Source of the DNA: an uncultured delta proteobacterium
GTDB taxonomy: Bacteria > Desulfobacterota > Syntrophia > Syntrophales > UBA2185
Direction: 5' to 3'
NCBI GenBank assembly: GCA_963695875.1
Contig: CAVOID010000003.1
Span: forward strand, 256,001 to 320,000
DNA length: 64,000 nucleotides
The translations under genes and the position numbers were made by a program. Positions 10,482 to 19,968 of this stretch are shown piece after piece. Positions within the stretch are counted from its first letter, which is position 1; each line of letters begins with the position of its first letter. The notes beneath the pieces are model-generated. The model was not told the DNA's origin. It searched no databases and saw only the letters and a list, made by a program, of their open reading frames with translations.

Positions 10482-12140
10482 ATGACGAAAAAGAGAGCAC
10501 CGGATACGAAAACCCTGACAAATCGTCCGGTATGGAAGGCACTCGCGGAGCATTACCGGAAGATCGGCAATGTTCATCTGAGGGCACTCTTTGCGGATGA
10601 TCCAGGGCGTGGTGAGCGTCTGACGGCCGAAGGCGCCGGCCTTTACCTCGACTACTCGAAGAATCGCATCACCGACGAGACGGTAAGGCTACTCCTGAAT
10701 CTTGCCGAGGAGTGCGGCCTGCCGGAGCGTATCGAAGCCATGTTTCGGGGTGAGAAAATCAACGTCACGGAGAATCGCTCTGTCCTCCACGTCGCCCTCC
10801 GCGCGCAGAAGAGCGAGCGGATTATGGTTGAAGGGGTAGATGTCGTGCCCGCGGTGCATGCTGTTCTCGAAAAGATGACCGTCTTCTCGGAGAGGGTGCG
10901 CAGCGGGCAGTGGCTGGGATACACCGGGAAACCCATTCGTAATGTTGTTAACATCGGCATTGGCGGCTCCGATCTCGGCCCCGTCATGGCCTATGAGGCG
11001 CTGAAGCATTACAGCAAGAGAGATATGTCCTTTCGTTTCGTCTCCAACGTGGACGGCACAGACTTCGAAGAGGCCGTTCGCGATCTCAATCCTGAAGAGA
11101 CACTGTTCATTATCTCTTCGAAGACATTTACTACTCTGGAAACTATGACCAATGCCCACACGGCGCGCATATGGGCTCTGAAAGCGCTTCAGCATCAAGG
11201 AGCTGTGGCCCGGCACTTCGTAGCTGTCTCGACAAACACTGAAGAGGTGGCGAAGTTCGGCATCGACACAGCGAACATGTTCGGATTCTGGGACTGGGTT
11301 GGCGGCCGCTATTCGATGGACTCGGCTATAGGTCTTTCGACCATGATCGCCATCGGCCCGGAGAACTTCCGGGCCATGCTTGCTGGCTTCCGTTCGGTAG
11401 ACGAGCACTTCCGATCCTCCCCATTTCATAAGAATCTGCCTGTACTCATGGGGCTGCTCTCCCTCTGGTACAATAACTTCTTTGGTGCCCAGACGGTTGC
11501 GGTCCTGCCCTACGACCAGTACCTAAAACGCTTTCCCGCCTATCTCCAGCAGTTGACTATGGAGAGCAACGGCAAGCACATAACGGTACAGGGTGCGGCT
11601 GTCAACTACCAGACGGGGCCTATTTACTGGGGTGAGCCGGGCACTAACGGGCAGCACTCTTTCTACCAGCTCATCCACCAGGGAACTAAGCTGATCCCAT
11701 GCGACTTCATCGGTTTTTGCCAAACGTTGAACCCCCTCGGCAATCATCACAACGTGCTCATGGCGAACCTGTTCGCTCAGACGGAGGCACTGGCCTTCGG
11801 GAAGACAGAGGATGAAGTCAGGGCAGAAGGCGTACCGGAGCGGCTGATACCGCACCGCATCTTTGAGGGCAATCGTCCCACGAATACGATTCTCGCAGAG
11901 CGGCTGACCCCGGAGACACTCGGGAAGCTTGTTGCGCTCTATGAACACAGCGTTTTCACCCAGGGGGTGATCTGGCAGATTGATCCCTTCGATCAGTGGG
12001 GCGTCGAACTGGGCAAGGTACTGGCGACACGGATCATTCCTGAACTGGAAGGTACCCAAGAGCCTGCACTCGGGCATGACAGTTCGACTAACACACTTAT
12101 CCGGCGCTACCGCGGACTCAGGGGGAGGAGGCGGTCCTGA
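10482..12140 (+). CDS. pgi: Glucose-6-phosphate isomerase
   Basis: [35 protein letters not shown]. Confidence 0.97.
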   Translation: MTKKRAPDTKTLTNRPVWKALAEHYRKIGNVHLRALFADDPGRGERLTAEGAGLYLDYSKNRITDETVRLLLNLAEECGLPERIEAMFRGEKINVTENRSVLHVALRAQKSERIMVEGVDVVPAVHAVLEKMTVFSERVRSGQWLGYTGKPIRNVVNIGIGGSDLGPVMAYEALKHYSKRDMSFRFVSNVDGTDFEEAVRDLNPEETLFIISSKTFTTLETMTNAHTARIWALKALQHQGAVARHFVAVSTNTEEVAKFGIDTANMFGFWDWVGGRYSMDSAIGLSTMIAIGPENFRAMLAGFRSVDEHFRSSPFHKNLPVLMGLLSLWYNNFFGAQTVAVLPYDQYLKRFPAYLQQLTMESNGKHITVQGAAVNYQTGPIYWGEPGTNGQHSFYQLIHQGTKLIPCDFIGFCQTLNPLGNHHNVLMANLFAQTEALAFGKTEDEVRAEGVPERLIPHRIFEGNRPTNTILAERLTPETLGKLVALYEHSVFTQGVIWQIDPFDQWGVELGKVLATRIIPELEGTQEPALGHDSSTNTLIRRYRGLRGRRRS

Positions 12141-12239
12141 ATGCCGCTTTGGAGTCTGTAACAGTACGATAATCTGAATGAAGGTTAGTATTACGCAGGA
12201 CAAACAATGGTCGTTGCAAGAAATAAAAGGAGGTTTACT

Positions 12240-12863
12240 ATGATATCAAAAATGAATCGTTTACTGATGTTTTCCGTATGCTTGTTTTTTTTACTGTATG
12301 GTTGCGCAATAAACCGAGCCAACATTCCGATAGACAATAATTCGACGCAACCTGGAACATCTGTGACAATGGGTGGGCAGAGCCTTAAGCTGATGGGTAA
12401 ACCAATAGCTGTCGGCGATTCACTCCCATCGGTTAAGCTGGTGGATGCTATGACCATGAAACCCCAGGACCTTTCCGAAATGAAGGGGTCGATCCTCTTC
12501 TTGAGTATAGTTCCCTCTATCGATACTCCGGTTTGTGAGGCACAGACCCATTACCTTGGTGAGGAGGGCAACAAACTCGCTCCCGAGATCAGGCGCATTG
12601 CCATCAGTCGTGATACCCCCTTTGCCCAGAAACGATTCGCCAAAGAGGCGAAACTTGAGCACATCCAGTTTCTTTCCGACTACAAAGAGGGTGCCTTTGG
12701 CCGCGCTACAGGTCTCCTGATGGACAATCTGATGCTTTTGGCTCGATCGATCATCATCATAGACAGGGAAGGAAAGGTAAGCTATATACAGGTAGTTCCT
12801 GAAATAACCCACCTTCCCGACATGGAACGAGCGTTTCGGAAGGCCGAAGAACTGGTAAAGTGA
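12240..12863 (+). CDS. tpx: Tpx-family thiol peroxidase, predicted lipoprotein
   Basis: PSIDTPVC peroxidatic motif, SRDTPFAQKRF; N-terminal lipobox LLYGC; AGGAGG SD. Confidence 0.75.
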   Translation: MISKMNRLLMFSVCLFFLLYGCAINRANIPIDNNSTQPGTSVTMGGQSLKLMGKPIAVGDSLPSVKLVDAMTMKPQDLSEMKGSILFLSIVPSIDTPVCEAQTHYLGEEGNKLAPEIRRIAISRDTPFAQKRFAKEAKLEHIQFLSDYKEGAFGRATGLLMDNLMLLARSIIIIDREGKVSYIQVVPEITHLPDMERAFRKAEELVK

Positions 12864-12959
12864 ACAGTCCTTCTTGATAATTTGTGAACATATGTGGCGA
12901 GTAAATTTGCCATATCCATGCAATATCGGTCAATAGCAGTGTGTGAGGTTATTATTAGG

Positions 12960-13718
12960 ATGAATGCAAAAAGTGCTGATCAGAACCAGAGGAATATCTG
13001 GAAGGTAGCCAAGGTAGTGCCTGAAAACCACGACACAAACTCATTATATCTCGATGGGTCCGATGAGAAGTTTGCCCGCAGAAAGGCGGGCCAATTCGCT
13101 TCTCTTATGATTATGAGTCCTGACGGATGGAGCGAACCACATTCGTTCTCCATAGCAAACGCTCCCGAAGATTCCATTTTGCGTCTGACCATTAAGAAGG
13201 TGGGCAAGTTCACCTCTGCCATCCCGGATTTGAAACCGGGGACTCCGGTAAAATGTATAGGCCCCCTCGGCATCTTCTGTAAGGACATTGATGTTAAACC
13301 GTTAATCATCATGCTGGCCGGAGGCGTGGGCATAGCGCCGTTTTTGAGCGTGCTTAGACACTTCAGAAATATCAAGGCAGGCAATAAAGTAACTCTCTTC
13401 TGGGTAAACAAGGGCATCGACGATGTCTTTTCTTCAGATGAGATCGGGGCAATGACCAATGAACTCACACTTACTGTTGTTTACTGCTTTAGCCGCGAAG
13501 ACGATGTGCAAAAATACTTTCGTCAAGAGTACCCCGGTGTATTCTATGAGAAGGGCCGTTTGAGCAGCGATATCTTTAAAAGGCGCGGGGTTACTGAGGA
13601 TGCGGCCGTTTATCTCTGCGGCCCGCCTCCCATGATGGATTCTGCGCTGAAGGAACTAGGCAGCCTTGGCGTGGATCAATCAGCAGTACAACAGGAAAGG
13701 TTCACCTGGGAGAAGTGA
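12960..13718 (+). CDS. FAD/NAD(P)-binding ferredoxin-reductase-like oxidoreductase
   Basis: GQF, HSFSIA, AGGVGIAPF, YLCGPPPM, C-terminal ERF. Confidence 0.85.
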   Translation: MNAKSADQNQRNIWKVAKVVPENHDTNSLYLDGSDEKFARRKAGQFASLMIMSPDGWSEPHSFSIANAPEDSILRLTIKKVGKFTSAIPDLKPGTPVKCIGPLGIFCKDIDVKPLIIMLAGGVGIAPFLSVLRHFRNIKAGNKVTLFWVNKGIDDVFSSDEIGAMTNELTLTVVYCFSREDDVQKYFRQEYPGVFYEKGRLSSDIFKRRGVTEDAAVYLCGPPPMMDSALKELGSLGVDQSAVQQERFTWEK

Positions 13719-13935
13719 ATAGAAAGGATGCTCCGATGGTCTGGCAGCGGTAATCTCAACAGTATTATAAACTTATTGCTTTTTTATATTTTTCATGTAT
13801 ATGACCCTTGATGCTTCAGGATGCAAAAATCAAACCTGAGGAAGATTTCAAAAATAAAGTGGTAACCGGATTCAACCTATAGATACCGAAACCGGAACTG
13901 GTCCCGGTATTACACAGATATCTGAGACCCTATAA

Positions 13936-14784
13936 ATGGCAATCACTCCAGATAGTCAAAGCAGCTCTAAAAGCGAAGAAAGGTGGCAGCTTGGCCCTAA
14001 TTTGGCGAGGCCTTTTGCCGTTATCGGCGCCGCCGTGATAACGTGGGTCAACCATCTAGGCGCCTCGGTAATTTTTCTCATCTTGGCTATGTTGAAGATC
14101 TTTCGGCACAAACAGCTATCCAAGGCAGTTCAGCAGCTCTATTACATCGGAGCGAGATCCGTGCCGATTATCATGCTGATAGGGTTGTTCACCGGCATGG
14201 TACTGGGTCTGCAATCTTACCATGCCCTGGTTAAATTTGGTGCGCAAGGGGCACTCGGCACCTTGGTAGCCCTGTCCCTGGTCAGGGAAATGGGACCAGT
14301 TCTCACGGCTATAATGATCACAGCAAGGGCAGGCTCAGCTATTACTGCGGAGATCGGCAGCCAACGCATCTCCGAGCAGATTGATGCCCTGGATACCATG
14401 CGCATTGATTCTCTCAGGTACCTTATTGCTCCGAGAATCACCGCTTGCATCATCAGCATTCCTCTGCTGACTGCTTTGTTTGACCTCATCGGTATTATTG
14501 GCGGTTATATCTCTGGTGTGCTGCTCCTTGGAGCTAATGCCGGCACTTACTTCTATCGAGTGCAGGACAGCGTGGAATTGAAAGATGTCACTGACGGCTT
14601 TATCAAGGCGGTTGTTTTTGCGGTGATCGTTTCCACCGTCTGCTGCTACCAGGGATATTTCGCGCACCTGCGCACGGATAGCCATGGGGCCAAGGCCGTC
14701 GGTCTTTCCACCACCTCGGCTGTTGTTGTGTCCTGTGTGCTCATCCTGGTGGCAGACTATGTGGTTACCTCCCTTCTGATATAG
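13936..14784 (+). CDS. mlaE: MlaE family ABC permease
   Basis: REMGPVLTA, EIGSQRISEQIDAL, first gene of an mlaEFDCA-type operon. Confidence 0.92.
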   Translation: MAITPDSQSSSKSEERWQLGPNLARPFAVIGAAVITWVNHLGASVIFLILAMLKIFRHKQLSKAVQQLYYIGARSVPIIMLIGLFTGMVLGLQSYHALVKFGAQGALGTLVALSLVREMGPVLTAIMITARAGSAITAEIGSQRISEQIDALDTMRIDSLRYLIAPRITACIISIPLLTALFDLIGIIGGYISGVLLLGANAGTYFYRVQDSVELKDVTDGFIKAVVFAVIVSTVCCYQGYFAHLRTDSHGAKAVGLSTTSAVVVSCVLILVADYVVTSLLI

Positions 14785-14792
14785 AGAGACTT

Positions 14793-16034
14793 ATGGATAC
14801 TCCGCTGATTGAATTTAAGGATATTACCAAGCATTTCGGATCCCGAACAATACTTGACCATGTTAACCTTCAGATCTATGAAGGGCAGGTCACGACCATT
14901 ATCGGGCTTTCCGGTGCGGGTAAGAGTGTGCTCCTGAAGCATATCATCGGGCTGATCAAACCTGATGAAGGGACCATTCTTTTCCGGGGCAAACCTCTCA
15001 GCGGGATGACAAAAAACGAGATGGCTGCTTCCTTCGCTCAGATGAGTTACATGTTTCAGGAAAATGCTCTCTTTGATTCCATGAACATTTACGAAAATGT
15101 TGCGCTGCCGCTTCGGGAGACAACGAAACTGAGCAAAGATGAAATCGACCACAGGGTTATGGAGAGAATTAAACAGACGGAACTCGGCGACGCGATCTAC
15201 AAGTATCCCTCGGAACTCTCCGGGGGCATGCAAAAACGGGCGGCCCTGGCGCGCGCCCTGGTAACCGATCCTCAAATTGTCCTTTTTGATGAACCGACTT
15301 CCGGCCAGGATCCTGTCAGGAAGAATGCGATCCTGAGTATGATTGCCCAGCACCAGAGAAAATTCGGCTTTACTGCGATACTGGTCAGCCATGAAATTCC
15401 GGATGTGTACTTTATCTCAAGCCGCATTCTCGCCCTCTATGGTCAAGCTATTGTGTTTCAAGGTACTCCGGAAGAACTTGAAGATTTCGACCACCCGTTC
15501 AAAGATGAGGTCATCCGCAGTCTCGAAAGGCTGCAGGAAGAATTAACAGGTCTGCACTCAAAGAGACAGTTCAAGGTTATGTACCATTCTCAAATGCACC
15601 GGAGAACACTCAAGGAAAGTTACGTTGTCGCGGTTTTTACCCTGGCGGGGTTGGATAAAATTATCACAAGCTTAGGTCATGATGCGGCACAGGAGGCAAT
15701 ACGGTGCATGGGGGTGTATATTGATAAACATTTTGGTGCCATAGGGGGCTTTTCTACCCGAAATAACACCAATGAATTTGTTACGGTGCTCCCCTATTCG
15801 GATCAACCTGAGGCTGCGGATATTTTGATGGATTTTATCAAGGATTTCCGGGAGCAGGGAATTCGAGAAATTTGGGTTGAAGCCAGAAAGCAGGCAGTTT
15901 CGCTGGAGTGTGTTGAATTCACTATCCTTGCCGGACTTGCCGAGGGCCAGCCCACCGTAGAAATTGACTCCGTCATAGAGTCTGCTAAGAATCAACAAAT
16001 AGAAATAGGCCGGTTTCGTTGCGCCGAGGAGTAA
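14793..16034 (+). CDS. mlaF: MlaF family ABC ATPase with a C-terminal degenerate GGDEF-like domain
   Basis: Walker A GLSGAGKS, LSGGMQKR, DEPTSG; an extra ~165 aa starts ELTGL and contains LGHD and RNNTNEF. Confidence 0.88.
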   Translation: MDTPLIEFKDITKHFGSRTILDHVNLQIYEGQVTTIIGLSGAGKSVLLKHIIGLIKPDEGTILFRGKPLSGMTKNEMAASFAQMSYMFQENALFDSMNIYENVALPLRETTKLSKDEIDHRVMERIKQTELGDAIYKYPSELSGGMQKRAALARALVTDPQIVLFDEPTSGQDPVRKNAILSMIAQHQRKFGFTAILVSHEIPDVYFISSRILALYGQAIVFQGTPEELEDFDHPFKDEVIRSLERLQEELTGLHSKRQFKVMYHSQMHRRTLKESYVVAVFTLAGLDKIITSLGHDAAQEAIRCMGVYIDKHFGAIGGFSTRNNTNEFVTVLPYSDQPEAADILMDFIKDFREQGIREIWVEARKQAVSLECVEFTILAGLAEGQPTVEIDSVIESAKNQQIEIGRFRCAEE

Positions 16035-16037
16035 CTA

Positions 16038-16526
16038 ATGAAAAAATATTCCATGGAAACTATAGTCGGCATCTTTGTCGTTTTCGGTTTGCTCTGTGTT
16101 GGATATATGACAGTGAAGCTTGGGCATATTGCCTTTATCGGCGACAACTCATATACCCTCTCCGCCTCATTCACCTCAGTAACGGGTCTTAGAGTCGGCA
16201 GCCCTGTGGAAATATTAGGTATTGAGGTCGGTCGGGTGGATCGACTGACCATGGACCAGGAAAACCAGAAAGCCATGGTGGTAATGAAGGTCCAAAAGGA
16301 TATAAAGGTTTATGATGATGCCATCGCCTCTATCAAAACAGAAGGACTGATCGGTGACAAATATCTCAGTATCGACCCTGGGGGAGCGGGCACACTCCTT
16401 CAAGCAGGCGGGACTATCACCGAGACACAACCGGCTGTGGACATCGCAGAGCTTATCGGCAAGTATGCCTTTGGCGAGGTAAAGAAAAAACCGGACAACA
16501 ATGAAAGTGGGAAAGCGAAGCCATGA
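16038..16526 (+). CDS. mlaD: MlaD (MCE-domain) protein
   Basis: N-terminal TM, GLRVGSPVEILGIEVGRV, GLIGDKYL. Confidence 0.93.
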   Translation: MKKYSMETIVGIFVVFGLLCVGYMTVKLGHIAFIGDNSYTLSASFTSVTGLRVGSPVEILGIEVGRVDRLTMDQENQKAMVVMKVQKDIKVYDDAIASIKTEGLIGDKYLSIDPGGAGTLLQAGGTITETQPAVDIAELIGKYAFGEVKKKPDNNESGKAKP

Positions 16527-17117
16527 AGAAAATGATCGTTGGATTAAGTATCTTAATGCTCGTAGTATCATCTCTTACAGCTTATGCGGCTACACCGCTT
16601 AACTCGGCTCAGTCAAATGCCAATAGAGTGATTGAAGTGCTGCGAGATCCCAAGCTCAAAGCAGTGTCGGCCAAAGAGATCAAAAAGGAGAAACTCCGTG
16701 CTATTTACAGAGACATGTTCGATGAAATCGAACTTTCCAAGCGCACTTTGGGGCGGAATTGGAACAAGTTGAATCCCGGTCAGCGCCAGGAGTTCGTCCA
16801 TCTCTATGAACAGGTACTGGAAAAGGCTTATATCGACAGGATACTTTCTTACACCAACGAGAAAATTGTTTTCCATAAAGAAATTAAGCTCTCGGAAAAC
16901 CAGGTCGAAGTTCAATCAAAAGTCGTCATGTCTTCAAAGGAAATTCCTATCTTCTACAGAATGATTATGAAGGATGGCGTCTGGAAAGTGTACGACGTTG
17001 TTGTAGAGAATGTGAGCTTGGTTCAGAACTATCGCAGCCAGTTCAATGATATCCTGGCACAAAATACACCCGAACAATTGCTTGTGATCCTGCAGAAAAA
17101 AGGTCAAGGACCAATAG
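16523..17117 (+). CDS. mlaC: MlaC/Ttg2D periplasmic phospholipid-binding protein (likely extra A near 17100; true stop probably TAG at 17115-17117)
   Basis: Signal peptide, WKVYDVVVENVSLVQNYRSQF; the ORF-track tail runs on into a repeat element. Confidence 0.85.
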
Positions 17118-17221
17118 GAACCCAGGAGACGGGAAGCCTGAACCGGAGATCGTTAGAAACTGCCCGGCGCTTAACCCCTCTTGGCGATGACGATAAACAT
17201 TATCCCGGTATAATATTATTT

Positions 17222-17271
17222 GTGAAGCTCCCCGGCCACAGAGCGGGGCTTGCGGGATGTGCCCCCGGTCA
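17222..17271 (+). mobile_element. Family B palindromic element, collapsed copy
   Basis: GTGAAGCTCCCCGGCCACAGAGCGGGGCTTGCGGGATGTGCCCCCGGTCA is the first and last parts of 28613-28723 joined at the hairpin. Confidence 0.75.
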
Positions 17272-17298
17272 GGTAAATTAAAAGAAGGAATCCGCTTC

Positions 17299-18295
17299 AT
17301 GAAACGCTTCTCCCTTCCGGTTCTACTGTTCGCTTTTCTCACTGTGGGCTGTGCCCACAGCACTTACCATGATCCTTCCTTTGCACAGCCAGCCTTATCG
17401 CGTGAGCCCCAGTTGATCATGGTTGCATCCAACGCGGAGCAGATCTTTTTGAAATCCAAGGAGATGACCTCGGAATCTAAAAAATGAACTGTCCGATGAC
17501 AAGGAAAATCCTGAAGACGATTCTGTCGGATCCTCAAAATCTTCTGAAACGTCGGTGAAATCTGAGAGTGGGGACGTTGGTGATAAGGAATACCTCGGCG
17601 ATGTGGAAGAGGAAGAGGGCAAGGAGGAAGAAACGGTAACAATCGCAGACCCCATTGAGCCCTTCAACCGGGCCATGTTCCAGTTCAATGATAAGCTATA
17701 CTTCTGGGTCCTGAAACCGGTGGCGCAGGGATATAACAAGGTTGTTCCCGAAGGAGCCCGGGTAAGCGTGAAAAATTTCTTTTCCAATCTCGGATTCCCG
17801 ATGCGGTTCGTTAGTTTTCTGCTCCAGGCAGAATTCAGCAGTGCAGCCACGGAACTCGGCCGCTTCGCCGTAAATACAATCTGGGGTATCGGGGGCCTTT
17901 TGGATCCTTCATCAGGCAAGGAACTGAATCTCGAGAAGCAGGACACGGACTTAGGCATAACCCTTGGAGTCTATGGGGTTGGACAGGGATTCTACGTCGT
18001 CTGGCCGGTGGTCGGCCCTTCCAGCGCGCGGGATTCTGTGGAGATAGCCGGTGAGTATTTCCTGTATCCTATCTCTTATATTAATCCCTGGTATGCCTGG
18101 CTGGGAGTAAGGTCATACGAGGTGGTGAACGATGCCTCTCTGAGGATCGGTGATTATGAGTCCCTCAAAGAGGCGGCAATCGATCCTTATGTGGCGCTCC
18201 GCAATGCTTACATTCAATATCGGCAGAAGAAGGTTAAGGGGCAGGGATCTAAACAGGATCAAACCACGCCCGCAGGAGTGATGTTGGAGAAGTGA
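17299..18295 (+). CDS. mlaA: MlaA/VacJ lipoprotein (frameshift in an A-run near 17483)
   Basis: Lipobox LTVGC in ORF 17257-17487; DPIEPFNRAMF, RFAVNT, GPSSARD in ORF 17555-18295; acidic linker. Confidence 0.88.
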
Positions 18296-18339
18296 CCGGT
18301 CATTAACGGGCCTTACTGGCAGTGATTATAAAAAATCAA

Positions 18340-19142
18340 ATGAAGATAGGAAGTCATACGAAAAACCTTAAAGTAATTGTGATATCGGCATTAATGATAC
18401 TTACACTCCCGGGGGTCGCTGCCGCGGTCGGACTATTTGGTCCGCCGCAACCCATTTCGAAAGAGGAAGGAGGATTACATACCGGAATCGGTTATTGGCT
18501 TCATGAGGATAAATTCAAGAATGAAACAGAATACGTAATCAGACAAAATCAGATTTATTCGCAGGTAGGCTATGGAGCCAAGAATTATTGGGAAATATAC
18601 GCACGAATCGGGGTATCAGATTTGAAAGTCCCCGATGCCTTCAGTTCCACTAATGCTTTGACCACAACTGCCAAAAATGATTTTGAGGAAAACTGGAAGT
18701 TTTCCGGTACCTTGGGGGCAAAGGGGTTTTATCCTATCAACAAGATCTTCGGAATTGGAGCCTTCATTCAGGGGACCTATATCTACAGTGACTTCACTGA
18801 TGATGTTTCAGGGACTCAAAATGGCATCCCTTTTACGGTGGAACTCAAGGTGGAAAATTTATGGGATGTGAATTTCGGTATTGGTTTTCAAGCCACAGGT
18901 TCCATACGGTGTAAAGCTGTACATAGGACCCTATCTTTATTATTCGGAGGCGAAAGGCATCTCAGCCCGCAAACATTTCCGGTCTTAAATTTGCAGGCGG
19001 GGATGTTACAATCAAGAACAAGACAAATATTGGAGGATACACCGGGGTCGACGTACCTCTCGCCAAGGGTCTCCGCTTGAATGTTGAAGGACAATACTCC
19101 GAAAGGTTATCCGCGGGGTGTGCCGTTACATATACATATTAA
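18340..19142 (+). CDS. Putative outer-membrane beta-barrel protein (frameshifts near 18900-18965)
   Basis: Signal peptide, alternating amphipathic strands; the alternative frame ends ...LRLNVEGQYSERLSAGCAVTYTY* with a terminal aromatic residue. Confidence 0.6.
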
Positions 19143-19342
19143 AATTTTTTGAATTAGATAGCGCTTACGAAAATAACTTGATCGATCGACGGTGGTTTTC
19201 CCCGTGGAGATTTTGCAATCATCCCCAAAAAAATATCACTGAGAAATAAAAAACCACCCTTTATTGAATACTTTCATCTGAAAGAAAACCGAGATTTCCC
19301 AGGCTTTTGCTCATTATAAATGGCGTTATGTTAATGAAATAA

Positions 19343-19372
19343 TTGACTATCTGCATGTCTATTAAAGATAAT
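19343..19372 (+). promoter_or_regulatory. Putative sigma70 promoter
   Basis: TTGACT-18 nt-GATAAT upstream of a ~160-nt unit that ends in a strong terminator. Confidence 0.4.
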
Positions 19373-19377
19373 GGACA

Positions 19378-19537
19378 GGAATGTCGATACAAAAATTAAC
19401 GGAGAGGTCTACGATTGTTCGTTCATCGTGCATGGGATACAAAAATCATGGAAGAATGATTCCAACCCATGACAAAACGGCATAGGTGGATTTCGTTACT
19501 TCCCCCAGGGGATATTAATTCCTTTGGGGGTTTTTTT
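19378..19537 (+). other. Candidate stand-alone small transcript (GGA-rich sRNA or 34-aa ORF at 19381-19485)
   Basis: Promoter-like motif, nested hairpins, several GGA motifs, intrinsic terminator. Confidence 0.35.
19502..19537 (+). terminator. Intrinsic terminator
   Basis: CCCCCAGGGGA-TATTAAT-TCCTTTGGGGG followed by T7. Confidence 0.8.
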
Positions 19538-19968
19538 ATAGTCCTATAATAGAAACAGGAAGCATAATCTTCTTTTGTGTCATAAAAATTGATAATATTC
19601 ATCTGTCCATTAGCTATAACAATTTGTAATTACTGCAAACTGTCCTATATCTTTTTTGTTCTTCATTAAAGTTCACCGTCCTATTTCTCAATAAAAAATC
19701 ATCATACACGAAAAAACCCAATTTTTTTAGGAGTGATACTGCGTTAGAGTTTTATTTCTTTGTTGGTATGCCGATACTCCGTTTGCGATTAATGTCAGAA
19801 TTACATCCCTGTAAGACCACAGGGATATAAGTTTAAGGTCAAGCGCATTGAAAGGGCTTTTGACTGATACCCTATATTCGGAATTCTTACAATTTTTTTA
19901 TATTTGACCTTGGATGCATACACTGACCCTATAGCTGGGCCGTCAAAAGACGAAAAGGAGGAGAGTCG

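Noticed and set aside
10689..11429. 246-aa antisense ORF in pgi (likewise 22027-22656 in rhs and 46950-47777 in ileS)
   Set aside because: Each fully overlaps a well-supported gene on the other strand; codon-bias shadows.
17118..17281. C-terminal extension of MlaC
   Set aside because: It arises from a probable extra A in a homopolymer and runs into a repeat element.
19143..19968. Known riboswitch (e.g. c-di-GMP) upstream of rhs
   Set aside because: I could not find the conserved motifs by eye; an Rfam scan is needed.
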